From: Octopus sinensis
Taxonomy: Eukaryota
Reading direction: 5' to 3'
Assembly (NCBI RefSeq): GCF_006345805.1
Contig: NC_042997.1
Location: forward strand, 56,792,001-56,856,000
Length of the DNA: 64,000 nt
Positions 39,830 to 52,479 of the stretch are shown piece after piece. The translations under genes and the position numbers were made by a program. Under the pieces are notes generated by a model, which saw nothing but the letters and a program-made list of their open reading frames with translations, did not search any database and was not told where the DNA came from. Each line of letters opens with the position of its first letter. Position 1 is the stretch's first letter.

Positions 39830-40500
39830 TAATGCTGTCTCCTACAGCCATCCAAGACTTTGAATCTGTCAAATCTGACCTTACTCAAGCATCCTTCCTC
39901 ACTCATCCTATTGCAGATGCAAAATTGACATTCACTGTCGACGCATCATCATCCACCATTGCTTCAGTTTTACAGCAATTTGTTAAGAGCTAATGCCAGC
40001 CATTGGCCTTCTTTCCTCGCCAGTTGAAAGATGCCAAATTAAGATACAGTATGTTTGGTAAAGAACTCTTAGTAATTTATCTAGCGGTGAAGCATTTCTC
40101 TCATCTTCTCGAAGGTAGAGATTTCACGATTTTCACCGACCACAAACCAACTTTGCCAAAACAGACCAGTACTTGCCCAGAGCAACAAGGCATTTGAACT
40201 ACATATCTCAGTTCACAAGTGACATTCGCCACATCACTGGCACTGACAACATCCCCACTGATGCCTTATCTCACCTGCCTGTCATTGCATTGTCATCTCC
40301 TGCTTTGACTGATTTGGTTTCTATGGCTACTGACCAACCCTCCTTGGACTCTCTGGACGTCTCTTCACCAGTTTTCCTGCTGCAAGTTTGAACACCTGCC
40401 TCTGCTTTTTTTCTGAAAAACTATTCTCTGTAATGTTTCATTCCTGTTTCGTCGTGCTGTTTTTGAAGCACTGCATTCACTGTCATACCCTGAAATTCGG
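39830..40500 (+). mobile_element. Ty3/Gypsy RT-connection and RNase H fragment
   Basis: VDASSSTIASVLQQ...PLAFF...RYSMFGKELLVIY..VKHFSHLLEGRDFTIFTDHKP...YISQFTSDIRHITGTDNIPTDALS. Confidence 0.9.
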
Positions 40501-42089
40501 CCACTATAAAGCTTATCTTCACCCCTCTTTTCAACTTATTATGTGATGCATTTGGCCTTAGTGTATTATTATACTCCTCTCTTCAACCATCTCTACTCAC
40601 ATTCCATCCCCTCACTCTTTCACTCACTTAACCTCCACCTCTGTAACTAACTAAAATATAACAGCCAACTGAACAAGCAGATTATATATATATATATATA
40701 TATATCCCGTTGTAGAAGGAATTTTTCATGTATTGTAATATGCAATTAGTGTTTTCTTCATCCTTCTGTCCGTTGCCTCAAGGAATTATTCCAATGACAA
40801 TGTTAATGTCATCAACATACAGAATGTATAGTGCTACATTAATATCCAAAGTAGCTCGTTTTTATCTTATTTGTTCTTTCCGCGGCACCATGGAAAGATT
40901 GTCGATGTTTCAAGCAATTCCAGAACTGATAGTGCCAAGTTTCACCTGCTTAAAAGTATGTTGTTAAATTAAACCAAAGATTAAAAGTGAAGAGACGAGA
41001 AGGGAAAGAACCTCATCATAATGCCAGTTTCAAAAGATGTAATAGAATTATGCTGAAATGCAGCAAAATTTTTGATAGATTAACAAAAGGAAAATAAAAA
41101 ACATACACACACGAAAAGTGATTTCAACTTTTGTGTGTTTTTAAATAGGTAAGATAATTCTTCGACGATGTAATTATAAGTTAGTTGGTAGTAGGTTCAT
41201 TACTGTATAACGAACACAAAACCTAATTTTCAACACGTTATTAATGTGTTTCACCTATTATAATCTTTCTGATAATTGCAATTTATATTGCATGCTTTCA
41301 ATGACGGAAAATAAAATGTTTACGTTATACTCATACTTCATAAAATTGATTTAAAATATTTAACTAATTTTGTTTATAAAGGTAAGCAACTGCTGATTGT
41401 AACGGGATTTAAAATAAACAGAGTAGTTTCCCTTAGCTTGTAAACCCAGCTAGTGTAATCGACGAAAGAATTTAAAACCATGTATATTTTGTGTGTGTGT
41501 GTGTGTGTGTGTGTTGTGTGTGTGTTGTGTGTGTGTGTTGTGTGTGTGTGTGTGTGTGTGCGCGTGGTAAATGAAAGGCTTAGAATCAAAGTTTAATCTT
41601 TTCGGTTTGAATGAAGTGGAGATAGTCGCAAGTCTTCATAGTGGACAGCAAGAAAATTTAAAAATGATATTCTAACTTACACAAATCACTGCATGATTTT
41701 AAATTCTTTAAAAGTCACATTTACACTGTAGATGGAGAGAAGGCTTCCAGCATTGTAACAGGTAGGGGTCACCAAATGTAACGATATAATTGTAACTGGT
41801 AGATTGTGCTATTGTGATGTTGCAAGTAAGAGGCTGCATGCTGAATAATAGACAAGCACGAACGCCAAAGCTTGAATTCTTAGATACTTATAGATAAGGT
41901 GTGATAACCCCAAAATAAAAATACCCAATATGTATAGTAAGTGAATAAATAAAATAATACCTAAAATAAAATGAATTTCTTGAACAGCTCATATTACTCA
42001 AATCTAGATGGAAATTATATATACCATGAAATATATATATATATATATAATTTTAATCCAAACGGGAAACAAAAAAACAACAACAATGG

Positions 42090-42400
42090 AACAATTACAG
42101 TATTATTATTAATAGGCGCTCAGGAAATGGAAGCAGGGAGGTATGACGTTTCGAGCGGAGCTCTTCGTCGGAAACATAAAGAAGGAAGAGAGAGGAAAGA
42201 AAGATCCCAGAGCGGGCAACGGGGAAAGAGAAAAAAGACGACTGGTGTTTACGAGTTGCACATGGTGAAAGGCGGATGTTTACGAAAACAGAGCAAAGTG
42301 GGTTTTTAAAGGCAAAAGAGTGGAGACAAGGTTGGTAACGCAACAGATGTGTGTGGTATGTGTGAGTGTGTGCGTGTGCGTGTGTGTATGTGTGTGTGTG
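42090..42400 (-). repeat. PLE-type terminal repeat with hammerhead-like core (42145-42177); related copy at about 60925-61040
   Basis: Minus strand CCGACGA-A-GAGC-UCC-GCUC-GAAACGUC...UUCCUGAGCG. The 60962-60993 copy reads CUGACGA-A-GAG-CUCCA-CUC-GAAAC. Confidence 0.5.
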
Positions 42401-42727
42401 AGGCGAGATGAAAAAACAAAAAAATATATATGTGTGTGTTAGTGTGTGCGTCTGTGTGTAGGCGTGTGAGGTAGGGCGAGACAGTGGTCAGCTTAGCAGA
42501 CAAAGGTCAGTAGTAAGAAAAAGAAGGAAGGAGGAAGGGAGGGAGGGGAAGGGGTGGGGGCGTATGTAGCGTGCCAGCGTGTGTTGAGTAGTAGTGTGTG
42601 TGTGTGTCCAGTGTCGTGGTGGTATAAATGGCGAGTAGATTGAATGTGTGTAAGAGTAATGTATATATTTAAGCAATGTGTGTATATGTGTGCGCGTGTG
42701 TGTAACGAAAAAGGGGGGGGGTTAAGG

Positions 42728-43584
42728 AAAAAATAGTAAAGAGTGAAAAAACGACAGAAGGCTTAAATGTTAAAAAATATATATATTTGCGTCAATATGT
42801 CTGAAGAATATTAGAAAATTTTGTCTTCTGAAATTACAGATGCAAAAGTAAAAAAATGTGGTAGATCGAACTGTGCAACATGTCCTAACCTGCTGGAAGG
42901 ATCAGAATTCCTCTTTAAAGAGGGACAGAAATTCAAGATCAAATCTAACTTTACTTGTGCCTCTGAAAACATAATTTATGTCATAAAATGCTCGGGCTGC
43001 CACCAAGACTACGTGGGTTCCACGGGACTATCACTCAGACGTAGATGCACACTGCATCGACAACAGATTGCATTCCCAGAATATAGAATGATACCTTTTA
43101 GTGAGCACATTGAGAAATGCGCAAAGCAACTACTACCACAATTTTTAATCTTTCCATTTTACCAATGTGCTTTGGGATCATCAACACAAATTAGACTAAA
43201 CAAGGAAACATTCTTCATTGAAAAGTACAAGCCCAGACTCAACCATCCGAACATACTGATACAGAGAAATTCACATTAAGGGAAAGGAAAAAAATTTTTA
43301 AGCGATTATCTCCCTTACACCGGAAGAAATCACCCACTACCTTCCCTTATTTGGAACTCTCCGCAGCTTAAACACAAGGATAACTCTATTAAACATAAAC
43401 ATAACGTCACAAGAAATTTGAAAAGCTAAATGCGAAACCGGTCTTTCTTTAAAAATTATGTCATTATAAAGGAAAAAAAATTTGTTTAAAAAATTTTCTA
43501 ATATTCTTCAGACATATTGACGCAAATATATATATTTTTTAACATTTAAGCCTTCTGTCGTTTTTTCACTCTTCACTATTTTTT
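42728..43584 (+). mobile_element. Young 5'-truncated Penelope-like element: intact GIY-YIG endonuclease frame between 95-bp inverted repeats
   Basis: ORF 42821-43279 (CGRSNCATC...IIYVIKCSGC..DYVGST..LRRRC..H...HIEKC...RLNKE..F...YKPRLN). Inverted repeats 42728-42822 and 43490-43584 differ at one position. Confidence 0.93.
43411..43449 (+). ncRNA. Putative minimal hammerhead ribozyme, U3:A8 variant
   Basis: AAGAAA-U-UUGAAAA-GC-UAAAU-GC-GAA-ACCGGU-C-UUUCUU. Confidence 0.5.
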
Positions 43585-43636
43585 ATATATTCACCCACGT
43601 GCTTTCACAAACCAACTTTCTTATCTATATATATAT

Positions 43637-43674
<38 letters not shown>

Positions 43675-43689
43675 ATGAAATTATTGTAT

Positions 43690-43935
43690 ATAGTATTCAG
43701 GTGCACTACAACTTGTCAAAAGTGCATATAAAGCATATGCAGCAATGTACAAATGTTTGGAAAGTGAACAGTGTATGAGTCAGATACATACTTGTGTGTA
43801 TATGGAGGGGAGAAAATCAAGTGTAGTGTTGGCGAATCTCAGGAAGCATGGAAGTTTTGAAGGATACAGTGCTCCGACACCTAACTACTGATGCTGGCAG
43901 TTTGTTCCATAGTTCAACAACTCTTAGCGTGAAAA
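43690..43935 (-). mobile_element. CR1-like LINE 3' end (same family at 51590-51910 + and 56030-56740 +)
   Basis: FFTLRVVELWNKLPASVV...FKTSMLPEIRQHYT*. The other copies add YKVRKQHSSHDFRKHFF. Confidence 0.8.
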
Positions 43936-44049
43936 AATCCAAACATAAAACAATTTTGAATCAAGCATGATTTCATTAGGTATCATATTGTTCCCATGAT
44001 TCATGGGATTTATTGATGACTGACAGTCCTCATCAGATTGACAAGGACC

Positions 44050-45330
44050 ATCAATCATCCTGGGTAGCAGGACTTTGTGAGAGTGTGCCAATGGCTAGTT
44101 AGTTCAATTTGCTCATGGATTCTCTTTGGCCTTGTGGGCAGGAAATGCAAACAATAGTACAAGCTCTGATAGAATTTCGCTTTCTTACTTGCCTGCTTTG
44201 TTCAGCTGCAGTAACTTTGTTCACTTCACAGGCTTCAGAGCCTTTGGGGGCTGTATCATGCCATTCTCTTCTAGCCAATGCTGTCTATTCCTATTGTTTA
44301 TGGTTAATGTTGAAGTCCTTCAATGAAGCTTTCAAAGTATCTTTGATGTGATTTTCCAAGCTACCATGGAAGCATTTATTATGCTAGAGTTCACCTTCCA
44401 ACAGATTTTCTCAGGAGGCAGTGGTCTAGCATGTGAAGTACATGACCTTTCCAGTGCAGCTGTGATTTCCTTCAGAACTGTATGGATGCTGGCCATTTCA
44501 GCATGAGATAATACCTCTGAATCATGAATACTGTCCTGCTACTTGCTGGCAAAAAACTTTTTTGAGTGGCATTGATGTGTTTAAGCTTTGCTGCATGCTG
44601 TTGGCAGATAATCCATGCTTCACAGCCATAGAGTGGTGAGGTGAGAATTATGGCTCAGTACACCTTACTCTGTATTTCTAGATCAGTACTCCACAGCCGG
44701 TATGCAATGGCACACTGGTGTGCCACGAGATGATGCTAGATGTGCTGAAGTGTAACCTGAATATAATTTTTTTCCCTATACTTTTAGTTATATTTTTAGT
44801 TCAGGTGTACCACCAAATTTTGAAAAGAATATAAATGTACTGCAAGTGAAAAAGGTTGCAGAGCATTGTTCTACATTAATGCTTCTCCTGTTCCACATGC
44901 CCTTGTGATGAAAGTGGCACTGACCTTGGCACGTTTGGTATTCACTTTGTTAAAAATAATGACAATTTGGTAGAGTGTGCTTTGCAGGTTGGTGAACCTG
45001 TTCACTGCATTCAGTTGTTTTCCATTGATGAAGATATTGACTTCAATACATGTTTTTCCAGATGCTGACTGATTCATCACTTCAGTTTTCTGTATACTGA
45101 TTTTCACAGTCACAGTTGTCACAGGTGTCAGAGAATCTGTCAGCAATGTTTGGTAGGTCAGCCTCAGAGGTAGCACTGAGGGTACTGTCATCGCAAAGAG
45201 AAATTCTTTGATGTTGTCAGTTGAAAACTTGATTTTCAGTTAAAGCTTCCTGTAGTTGAAGACGAGCAATCTGTACAGTATCTGATACAGCTGCTAATAC
45301 CTGTGTCTGTGTTTTCAATTCTGGAGTCAT
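44050..45330 (-). mobile_element. RTE-BovB-like LINE RT C-terminal region, decayed
   Basis: VKISIQKTEVMNQ..SGK...IFINGKQLNAVNRF...STL; LYGCEAWI. Confidence 0.75.
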
Positions 45331-45549
45331 TATTCAGATAGCAGAAAACATGAAGCTGAACAGAGTACACACATGATATACTCAATTCTCTCTTTGCTGG
45401 TCTGTCAGTCTTGTCTAAGTGACACAATGCAGCACTGAAGGCCATCTGAACTGATCTTAAATCTCTACTTCTCTCACCCCATTTAACATAAATCCTACCA
45501 GTGTCACCATTAATGTGAAAGACACTAGCCATTGCTAGTATCTTCCTAT

Positions 45550-46450
45550 TTCTGATGTCCTAGGTGCAGATTTCTTGATGTATCCAGTCCAACATCCCAA
45601 ACTTTGGTGCTACTACTAGCACTATGAAGGTATTATGGGATATAGTTTTAACAAATGCAGACTGCTCTGATTTCCATACATTCCTAAATCTGCTGAAGTA
45701 ATCTTTTGTCACTCTAGTATCACAGCACCAACATATGTGATATTCTCACCAATTCTGAGGAATTTGTAGCATTCATCATTGTTGACAGGGGAAATACACA
45801 AGCCATTGATATCCATGTTCATTACCTGGCTGACAATCTTTCTTAGTTTCACTATCAAATATGAACACTTGTCCTGACCTAACTCTGATCCTGTGTCCCA
45901 TGAGAAAGTTGTGACCCGGTCTAACTGGTTAGTAGTGTCAGGTACAGCTGAAATTCATCAACAAAAAAGATGTAGGTAAAAATCAATCTTCCTTTCATCT
46001 GTAGCTCTTATCATCTAGTGTTTGTATTTCTTTTACTGGGCTGACAAAGGTTTCACAAAAAGCCTTACAGATAAGTTGTTGCCCTGAAATATTCCTGTTG
46101 ATAGCCTAATTTGTTAGTGAATATAGTGGTGGTTTCCTTTTCTAATGATAGCTCTGTAAATCATGTTGTGTTAGTCTCTTAATGACACTGACTATGGCAT
46201 TTGCAATTTTAGCAAAGCATAGTGACTCAGTTATCTATGAGGGAGGAACAGCATCAAATGCTTTCTTATAGTCTAGCCATACACTCAGTAGATTTTGGTG
46301 GTATTACTTCACTTCATCAAAGACACCATTTTCGATGAGTTGTTTGGTACAGCTCCAGACTCCTTTCTTTATACCTTCTTACTCTTCAGGAAATGCATTG
46401 TGTGTTTTGCAATGATCTTAGATGAATGCAGTCAAGCTACCTGTATCTAA
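45550..46450 (-). mobile_element. RLE-type (R4/NeSL-like) LINE fragment, internally deleted
   Basis: KKGVWSCTKQLIE...WLDYKKAFDAVP, followed by degenerate C-terminal sequence. Confidence 0.65.
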
Positions 46451-46571
46451 TTTACATATCACATATATGAGTACATGTGTATATATATATATATTTTAAA
46501 TACTTATATGTATATATTTGAATACATCTATGTGTTTTTTTTCTACTATACACACAGATAGATAGGCATAA

Positions 46572-46616
<45 letters not shown>

Positions 46617-47529
46617 AAAGAGGGTTTGAAAATGCAGAGGTCTTTTAAAGATGCTTATTGACTTGACTGGTTTCACTTTTTTTAAAAAAAAGATTATCAA
46701 AAGTAAAATGTAAAGCTTTGTATAAGCTTTGCTGTGCTAAAAAATGGTTATCATAATTGTATTAAAATACAGCTATACAGTTTTTGATAATGATAAGAAA
46801 ATAGAATCTTTGACAATGAATGATAAAAAAATGTTAAGAGGGGCTTTTTGTTTAAACAGTTTACATGAAAGAGTTCAAAATAGGTATTAAAATAAATTTA
46901 TAATTATTATAATTGTCAACTCATTATAGCTGTTTCTTACGCAACTTTTTAATAGAAGGATGAGAACATTACATCATTATAAAAGACTGTAATAATCAGA
47001 TGAGAAGTAATTTCACAAAACCAAAGAATATCTCAAGAATACAGTAGGGATGTGGCTATAGTCTGTTGAGGCCAACTATGAAATGGGAGAATGATCAACT
47101 ATGTTGGCTGTTTAAGTTAAGAATGTAGTTCTTGAAAGTGTGTAATATGATATCTAAGATCAGTGATTCAGGTGAGGAGTCTGCTAGACAAGATCATAGG
47201 TAGACTGTAGTGGGGTGTTGGAGATAATTTATTATAGTAGGCTTAGAGTAGTGGTAAGTAAGGAGAGATCATAAAACAATTAAGGAAAAGGGAAAAAAGA
47301 AATCATAAAAAAATTAAACGTAAAGAGTGAAGGAAAATAAATAAAAGTAAAAATAAAGTGTTCAAGCCAATCTGGTATAGGGGCGGGATATAGGAATCTC
47401 TAGCTAATGGTAAATGACTAAGGGAGGGGGACAGAGAAACACAGAAATTAGGGGTTTTCAATGGATATTGGTTTAATGTAGGGGTGGTATGAAGGCTGTC
47501 AAATAATAAGATCAAACTTTTATGGAAAT

Positions 47530-47530
<1 letters not shown>

Positions 47531-47573
<43 letters not shown>

Positions 47574-47598
47574 GGTGGTGGTGGTGGTGGTGGTGGTG

Positions 47599-47648
<50 letters not shown>

Positions 47649-47660
47649 TGTAGTAGTAGT
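47531..47660. repeat. Compound (GTA)n(GTG)n(GTA)n trinucleotide array
   Basis: Read directly. Confidence 0.97.
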
Positions 47661-48220
47661 AAAACCTATCAATAAAGGGTTTAAAGAAGAATATAATGAA
47701 CTACACCTAGTACGAAGATAGAGGAAATAGCCAATCAGATATCAAGGAAAGCCAGCAATGAGGAGTGGTCTAATGATTAACTATGGTGGTGATGATGTCA
47801 AAATTGGATGGTATAATCACCTTTGTATGAAACCAGGTGAAGCAACTCAGGTCAATAATCATGGGTAAGGAATTTGGATAGTGTGTTCTATCTATTATAT
47901 AACAAGCACTGCTAAAAAAACTGTATGTTGGTGTAAGGAGTACATACATAGCTAGCAGAAATGTCTAGGATGCGCAGGCTGCTACTAGAGGTTCAGTATC
48001 ACTGTCACTGCTATTGCATAAAACTAGGTACACCACAGATAGGATGGTTAGTTCCTTCAATATAGCATACCATGCAAGTATAGTAAGAGTGGTTAAAAGG
48101 TATTGGTAAAGGGAAAACAAGACTAGGAGGACTCAGAAACAAATGGGTAGATTGATAAGCTAAAGGGTCAGCAAAAGAGGGAGTAAATTGGATTGGACCT
48201 AGGTTGGGGGCAATTATAGA

Positions 48221-50390
48221 GGTTGTTTAATGTCCTTAAAGTATTTAAACATGCGGGTAGCCTTATGTATACAGGAAAGACAAAGGTCTAGTTTATTATT
48301 TAGTAGATTTTCACTATTAGATCTTAAAATTTCAAATAGTGCCATGCAGCAAAGTCTGCATCTGTATCTACTGTTTCAGTACAGTTTAACGGCTCTAATG
48401 ATGTATCAACTCAGTAAGTTCCAACTCCTTGAGTTCCCAAATCTTCATGGCTAGGGATGTCCTGTCAATCCTATGTCTTAATTTAAAAGACGAATAGTGG
48501 TTACGTAAGCACCCCTCTTGAGATTTATGGAGTAGCCGATATAAGTATAAGTGTTGGTGTCTGTTACAACATCACATTTGTAAACCACATTTTCCATTGA
48601 ATATTGACCCAACAGCAGACAAGATGTTTTGTCTAAACAATTGTACCCAATATTTTCTGATACTTGAAATTTATTGTTACAGGTACACAATCCAATGTTA
48701 TTACTGTGTAATAGTCGAAACTCACAAGAGTTACTGGTGTTCACATGGTAGTTGCTAGGGTTTATATCACTATGATCAATAATATTATGATTAAAATTAG
48801 TTGCTGAGTCATGGGTCAGAGATTGTTGGTACTGAGTGTTGACATAAGAGATTTGGCTTTCAGATAGTGACACTAAAGGGTCGAGGGTGGGTGGTATATT
48901 GGAAAGATTACCAGTGCAGGTATTAGAGTTCTGTACATTTAGCATATTGGCAACATAAGTGAAAGTCAGATGGCTTTCATTATGGCTAGTGAAGAGTGTT
49001 GTAGAGATTGGTATTGTGAGAGCCTAAGCTAGCTGAATCTATACTGCTGCTACTATGGGTAGTTGTGGTATAGTTGGTTTGGCTGTGGTCCCTATTTGTG
49101 GCTGGCTGACTTTTGTCAGAATCATAATATCTACTATCTGGAAATACCAGCTCATTGTTGGTATTCTTGTACACAGTATTTGTGTTAGTAGAGATATGAG
49201 GAATATTAATATTATTAGTATTATTGCTTTTCCTATTATTACTACTTCTGGCCATGGATAAGTGTTTTTTATTCAGGCCAGCAATAATTGTACCTAAATT
49301 GGGAAGTGTTGAGTAGGAGACCCTGACGTTTCTATGGGAGAATAAACAGTAATACTTGGGGGGGGGGGGAGTTGCGCTTTAGTATACTAAATAATTTCCT
49401 GCTTATATTAGTATCAATTACATAATAGAAGGGAGAGTTATACCATGTTACATCATATCTCTTCCTGTTTTTATCTTTGTATACACTATGTTTCCTATCC
49501 CTATAAGTAGATAGGGGTTTGAGTAAGGAACTTTTGTTTTTATATTTATTTTAATTTTTATATTTATTTTAATTTTTATATTTATTTTAATTTGTGTTGT
49601 TGCCGATATAGTCGCTGTCTGTATTTGCAGCATAGTTGTTAGTTACCCTTTCTCGTGGTGCATATTCTCCAGGCAGTATTGACTACCTGGTCAAGTTTAT
49701 TATTAATATTATTATTATATTAGTAGTCTTAATTTTTATCATGTACTTTCACTGCACTACCAAGTGCAGCTCTGTATGCCTTGGGTATGTGCGGTGGTGC
49801 TTTTATTTTCACTGTATTGAAAGTGTTTTATGTAGGATGTGTAGAGCACCTAGTAGTGCTATTTTCTGTATATTATATATACTTGTAAGTCCTGGAGATT
49901 TTGTTCTGTATTTGTCTGAAAGTTTTTTATCATACCTAATGCACCTGCTATGATAATTATTATTGTTGTTGTTGTTGTTATGATTATAATTATTTTTGTT
50001 ATTATCATTATTATTATTACTATCTTTAATGTTGTTATTACTATAGTTCTTATTGTTGTTTTTATATATTACTTTCTGTTCATATCCTGCATTGGAAAAA
50101 GCTAAATTGTAGAAGTGAAAGTATGAATTGAAAATGTCTTTGTTCGCCAAAAGTTGCATAATTCTATGTGAAACCCCTTTAGCTAAAGATTTAATAACAG
50201 GTGAGGTGGCGATTTGAGAATTTGCTATCATATCTAGTGGTTTCATCTGGTTTTCTGTAGGGATAGTAAAGTCCTGATTTTAGGTTTAATGAGATGTCTA
50301 AGAAGTTAAGAGATTTAGTCCCTAGTTCAAAGGTTAAGTTGAGGTTAAAGTTTTGGAAGAATTTCCTAAATTTTTGTGAGTTCTTTCAAG
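48221..50390 (-). mobile_element. Penelope-like (Neptune/Naiad-type) RT C-terminus, thumb and GIY-YIG, decayed
   Basis: NFLDISLNL..GLYYPYRKPD; IKSLAKGVSHRI; a WYNP-like block; VVYKCDV...YTYIGYS; TSLAMKIWELK; RCRLCC..FEIL...LLN..LDLCLSCIH. Confidence 0.85.
49690..49940 (-). mobile_element. RLE-type LINE 3' end inserted in the (AAT)n linker of the PLE
   Basis: KYRTKSPGLTSIYNIQKIALLGALHILHKTLSIQ* followed by a short UTR and an AAT-rich tail. Confidence 0.7.
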
Positions 50391-52479
50391 TAGTCATTTG
50401 CTATTAGAGAGTGTTGTCCTTATATAGATTACCATGAAGACAGACAGACAGACAGATAGATAGGTAGTAGGTAGGTAGGTAGGTAGGTAGGTAGGTAGGT
50501 AGGTAGGTAGGTAGGTAGGTAGGTAGATAGATAAATAGATAGATAGATAGATAGATAGACAGATAGATGGATAGGTAGTAGGTAGGTAGGTAGACAGACA
50601 GACAGACAGACAGACAGATAGATAGATAAATAAATAGATAGACAAAAAACACAAACACATTTTCAAATATATATATATGTATTTGTCTTTTCTTGTTTCA
50701 TTCATTAGACCATCCACACACACACACACACATTTAGCATTGATATCAACGCTTGTAGGTGGTACCTGGAGGAGATCCCTAGGGAATATTTACTAGAAAC
50801 TGCTATCTTTAAAACAAGAATCACAATACCCTTATACATTCACTGACAAAAACACACAAACACACATATTCATGTATACATGTATTCTTTTCCTTTTTGT
50901 TGTTGCTGTTGTTGTCATCATCATTATTGTTTTTGTTCAGTATCATTTCTGTTATCTTTCTAGGGAATTCTCAAGGGAATTTTATGACCAGCTTCATGAG
51001 TAAAGCTTTTGTATTTATAATTTATTTTTGTTCTTGTTTTGAGAAGAAAATTAACTTCAAGCAACTTTTTCATATCTCTTTTTAAGCATCATTTTCTAAA
51101 CCACAGAGTACACCATTGAAAAGTAGAGTGGGGGCATACCATCTAGTAACCCCTTTTGGCCACCCCATTACTGTCCCATTTTTCTTCAATGTTCCCCTTG
51201 CATTTTTGCACCGCTTTCTGGACCTTTACACCACCTCAGGGTCAGGGGCAGTATTACCCACTTTGGGAACCACTGATTTACACAATTATAAAGGAAAAAA
51301 ATGGTTTTAAACTTACTCTGCCGTTGAATTGTTTCTGAAAATAAGAGGTTTGTAGAAAGAACCTCCTATAGCTTTCTTGAGAAATGAAAATTAAAAATAA
51401 ACCAGAGCAAAATTTGAACTTTAACCACTAAAGTACCTTGACCTACTTTCTTTTGTCTATAACAAGGATATTGATATCTCTAGCACAATATTCAAGTTTT
51501 CTAAGGTTGAATTAATCTTTCTTCTAATGAAACAATAAAATTATTAACCATCTTACTAACAATAACTCTGAGCACCTTTTCAAACTCCACCTGTCTAACA
51601 CCTGCGGACATGTTTACAAAGTCAGAAAACAGCACAGCTCCCATGACTTTCGGAAACATTTTTTTTATGCTAAGAGTTGCTGAAGCATGGAACAAACTGC
51701 CGGTATCAGTTGTTAGTTGATGGAACTTCCATGCTTCCTGAGATTTGCCAACACTACACCTGATTTTCTCCCCTCCATACATACGCAAGCATGTATCTGA
51801 CTCATACACTGTTCACTTTCCAGACATTTGTACATTGCTGCATATGCTTTATATGCAATTTTGACAAGTTGTGGTGCACCTGAGCACTGTATACAATAAT
51901 TTCATTATTATTATTATATTTAAGAATGCCCAAATACATGCTAAATATTATTGTTTTAAATATTTTCCATAAAAGAACCTATAGTAAATATACTTAAAAT
52001 GCTTACTATATTTTCTGACATATAAGTTGACATAGTATATAGTATAAACATATAGTGTAAACATTCAAACACCATCACTATCTTTCTAAATCCTGTTGCA
52101 TTCACATGAAGTTTTTGGTCCTCCAAGTCTAGGTGTACAAGTTGACCTACCTTTTTCTGACTGTAAATTTTGATGAGAAAAATTCAACTTGTATGCCATG
52201 TAATTATATGGCAGTTTGTATATGTCTGCATTTGCTAATATTTTGCCAAATTTACTACATAATCCCGGACAAAGTATTCCCATAAAAATTTTAACATACG
52301 TGTACATATTTATTATGGAGTGTTCATTCTGCAAAGCTTTGACTAGGCTTGGAGTTACTGGTGAAAGGAAGAGGAGGAGCATAAATTCCGTTATTGAAGC
52401 TACTGTGAAGACCACTAGGTAGCTAGAAATAAAGAAGACAGAGTTCATAGACTAGTTCTGTAGCATGCCAACAGATGGC

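Noticed and set aside
52086-52448. 120-aa minus ORF and 68-aa plus ORF as host exons
   Set aside because: No recognisable domain and no consistent acceptor/donor pair.
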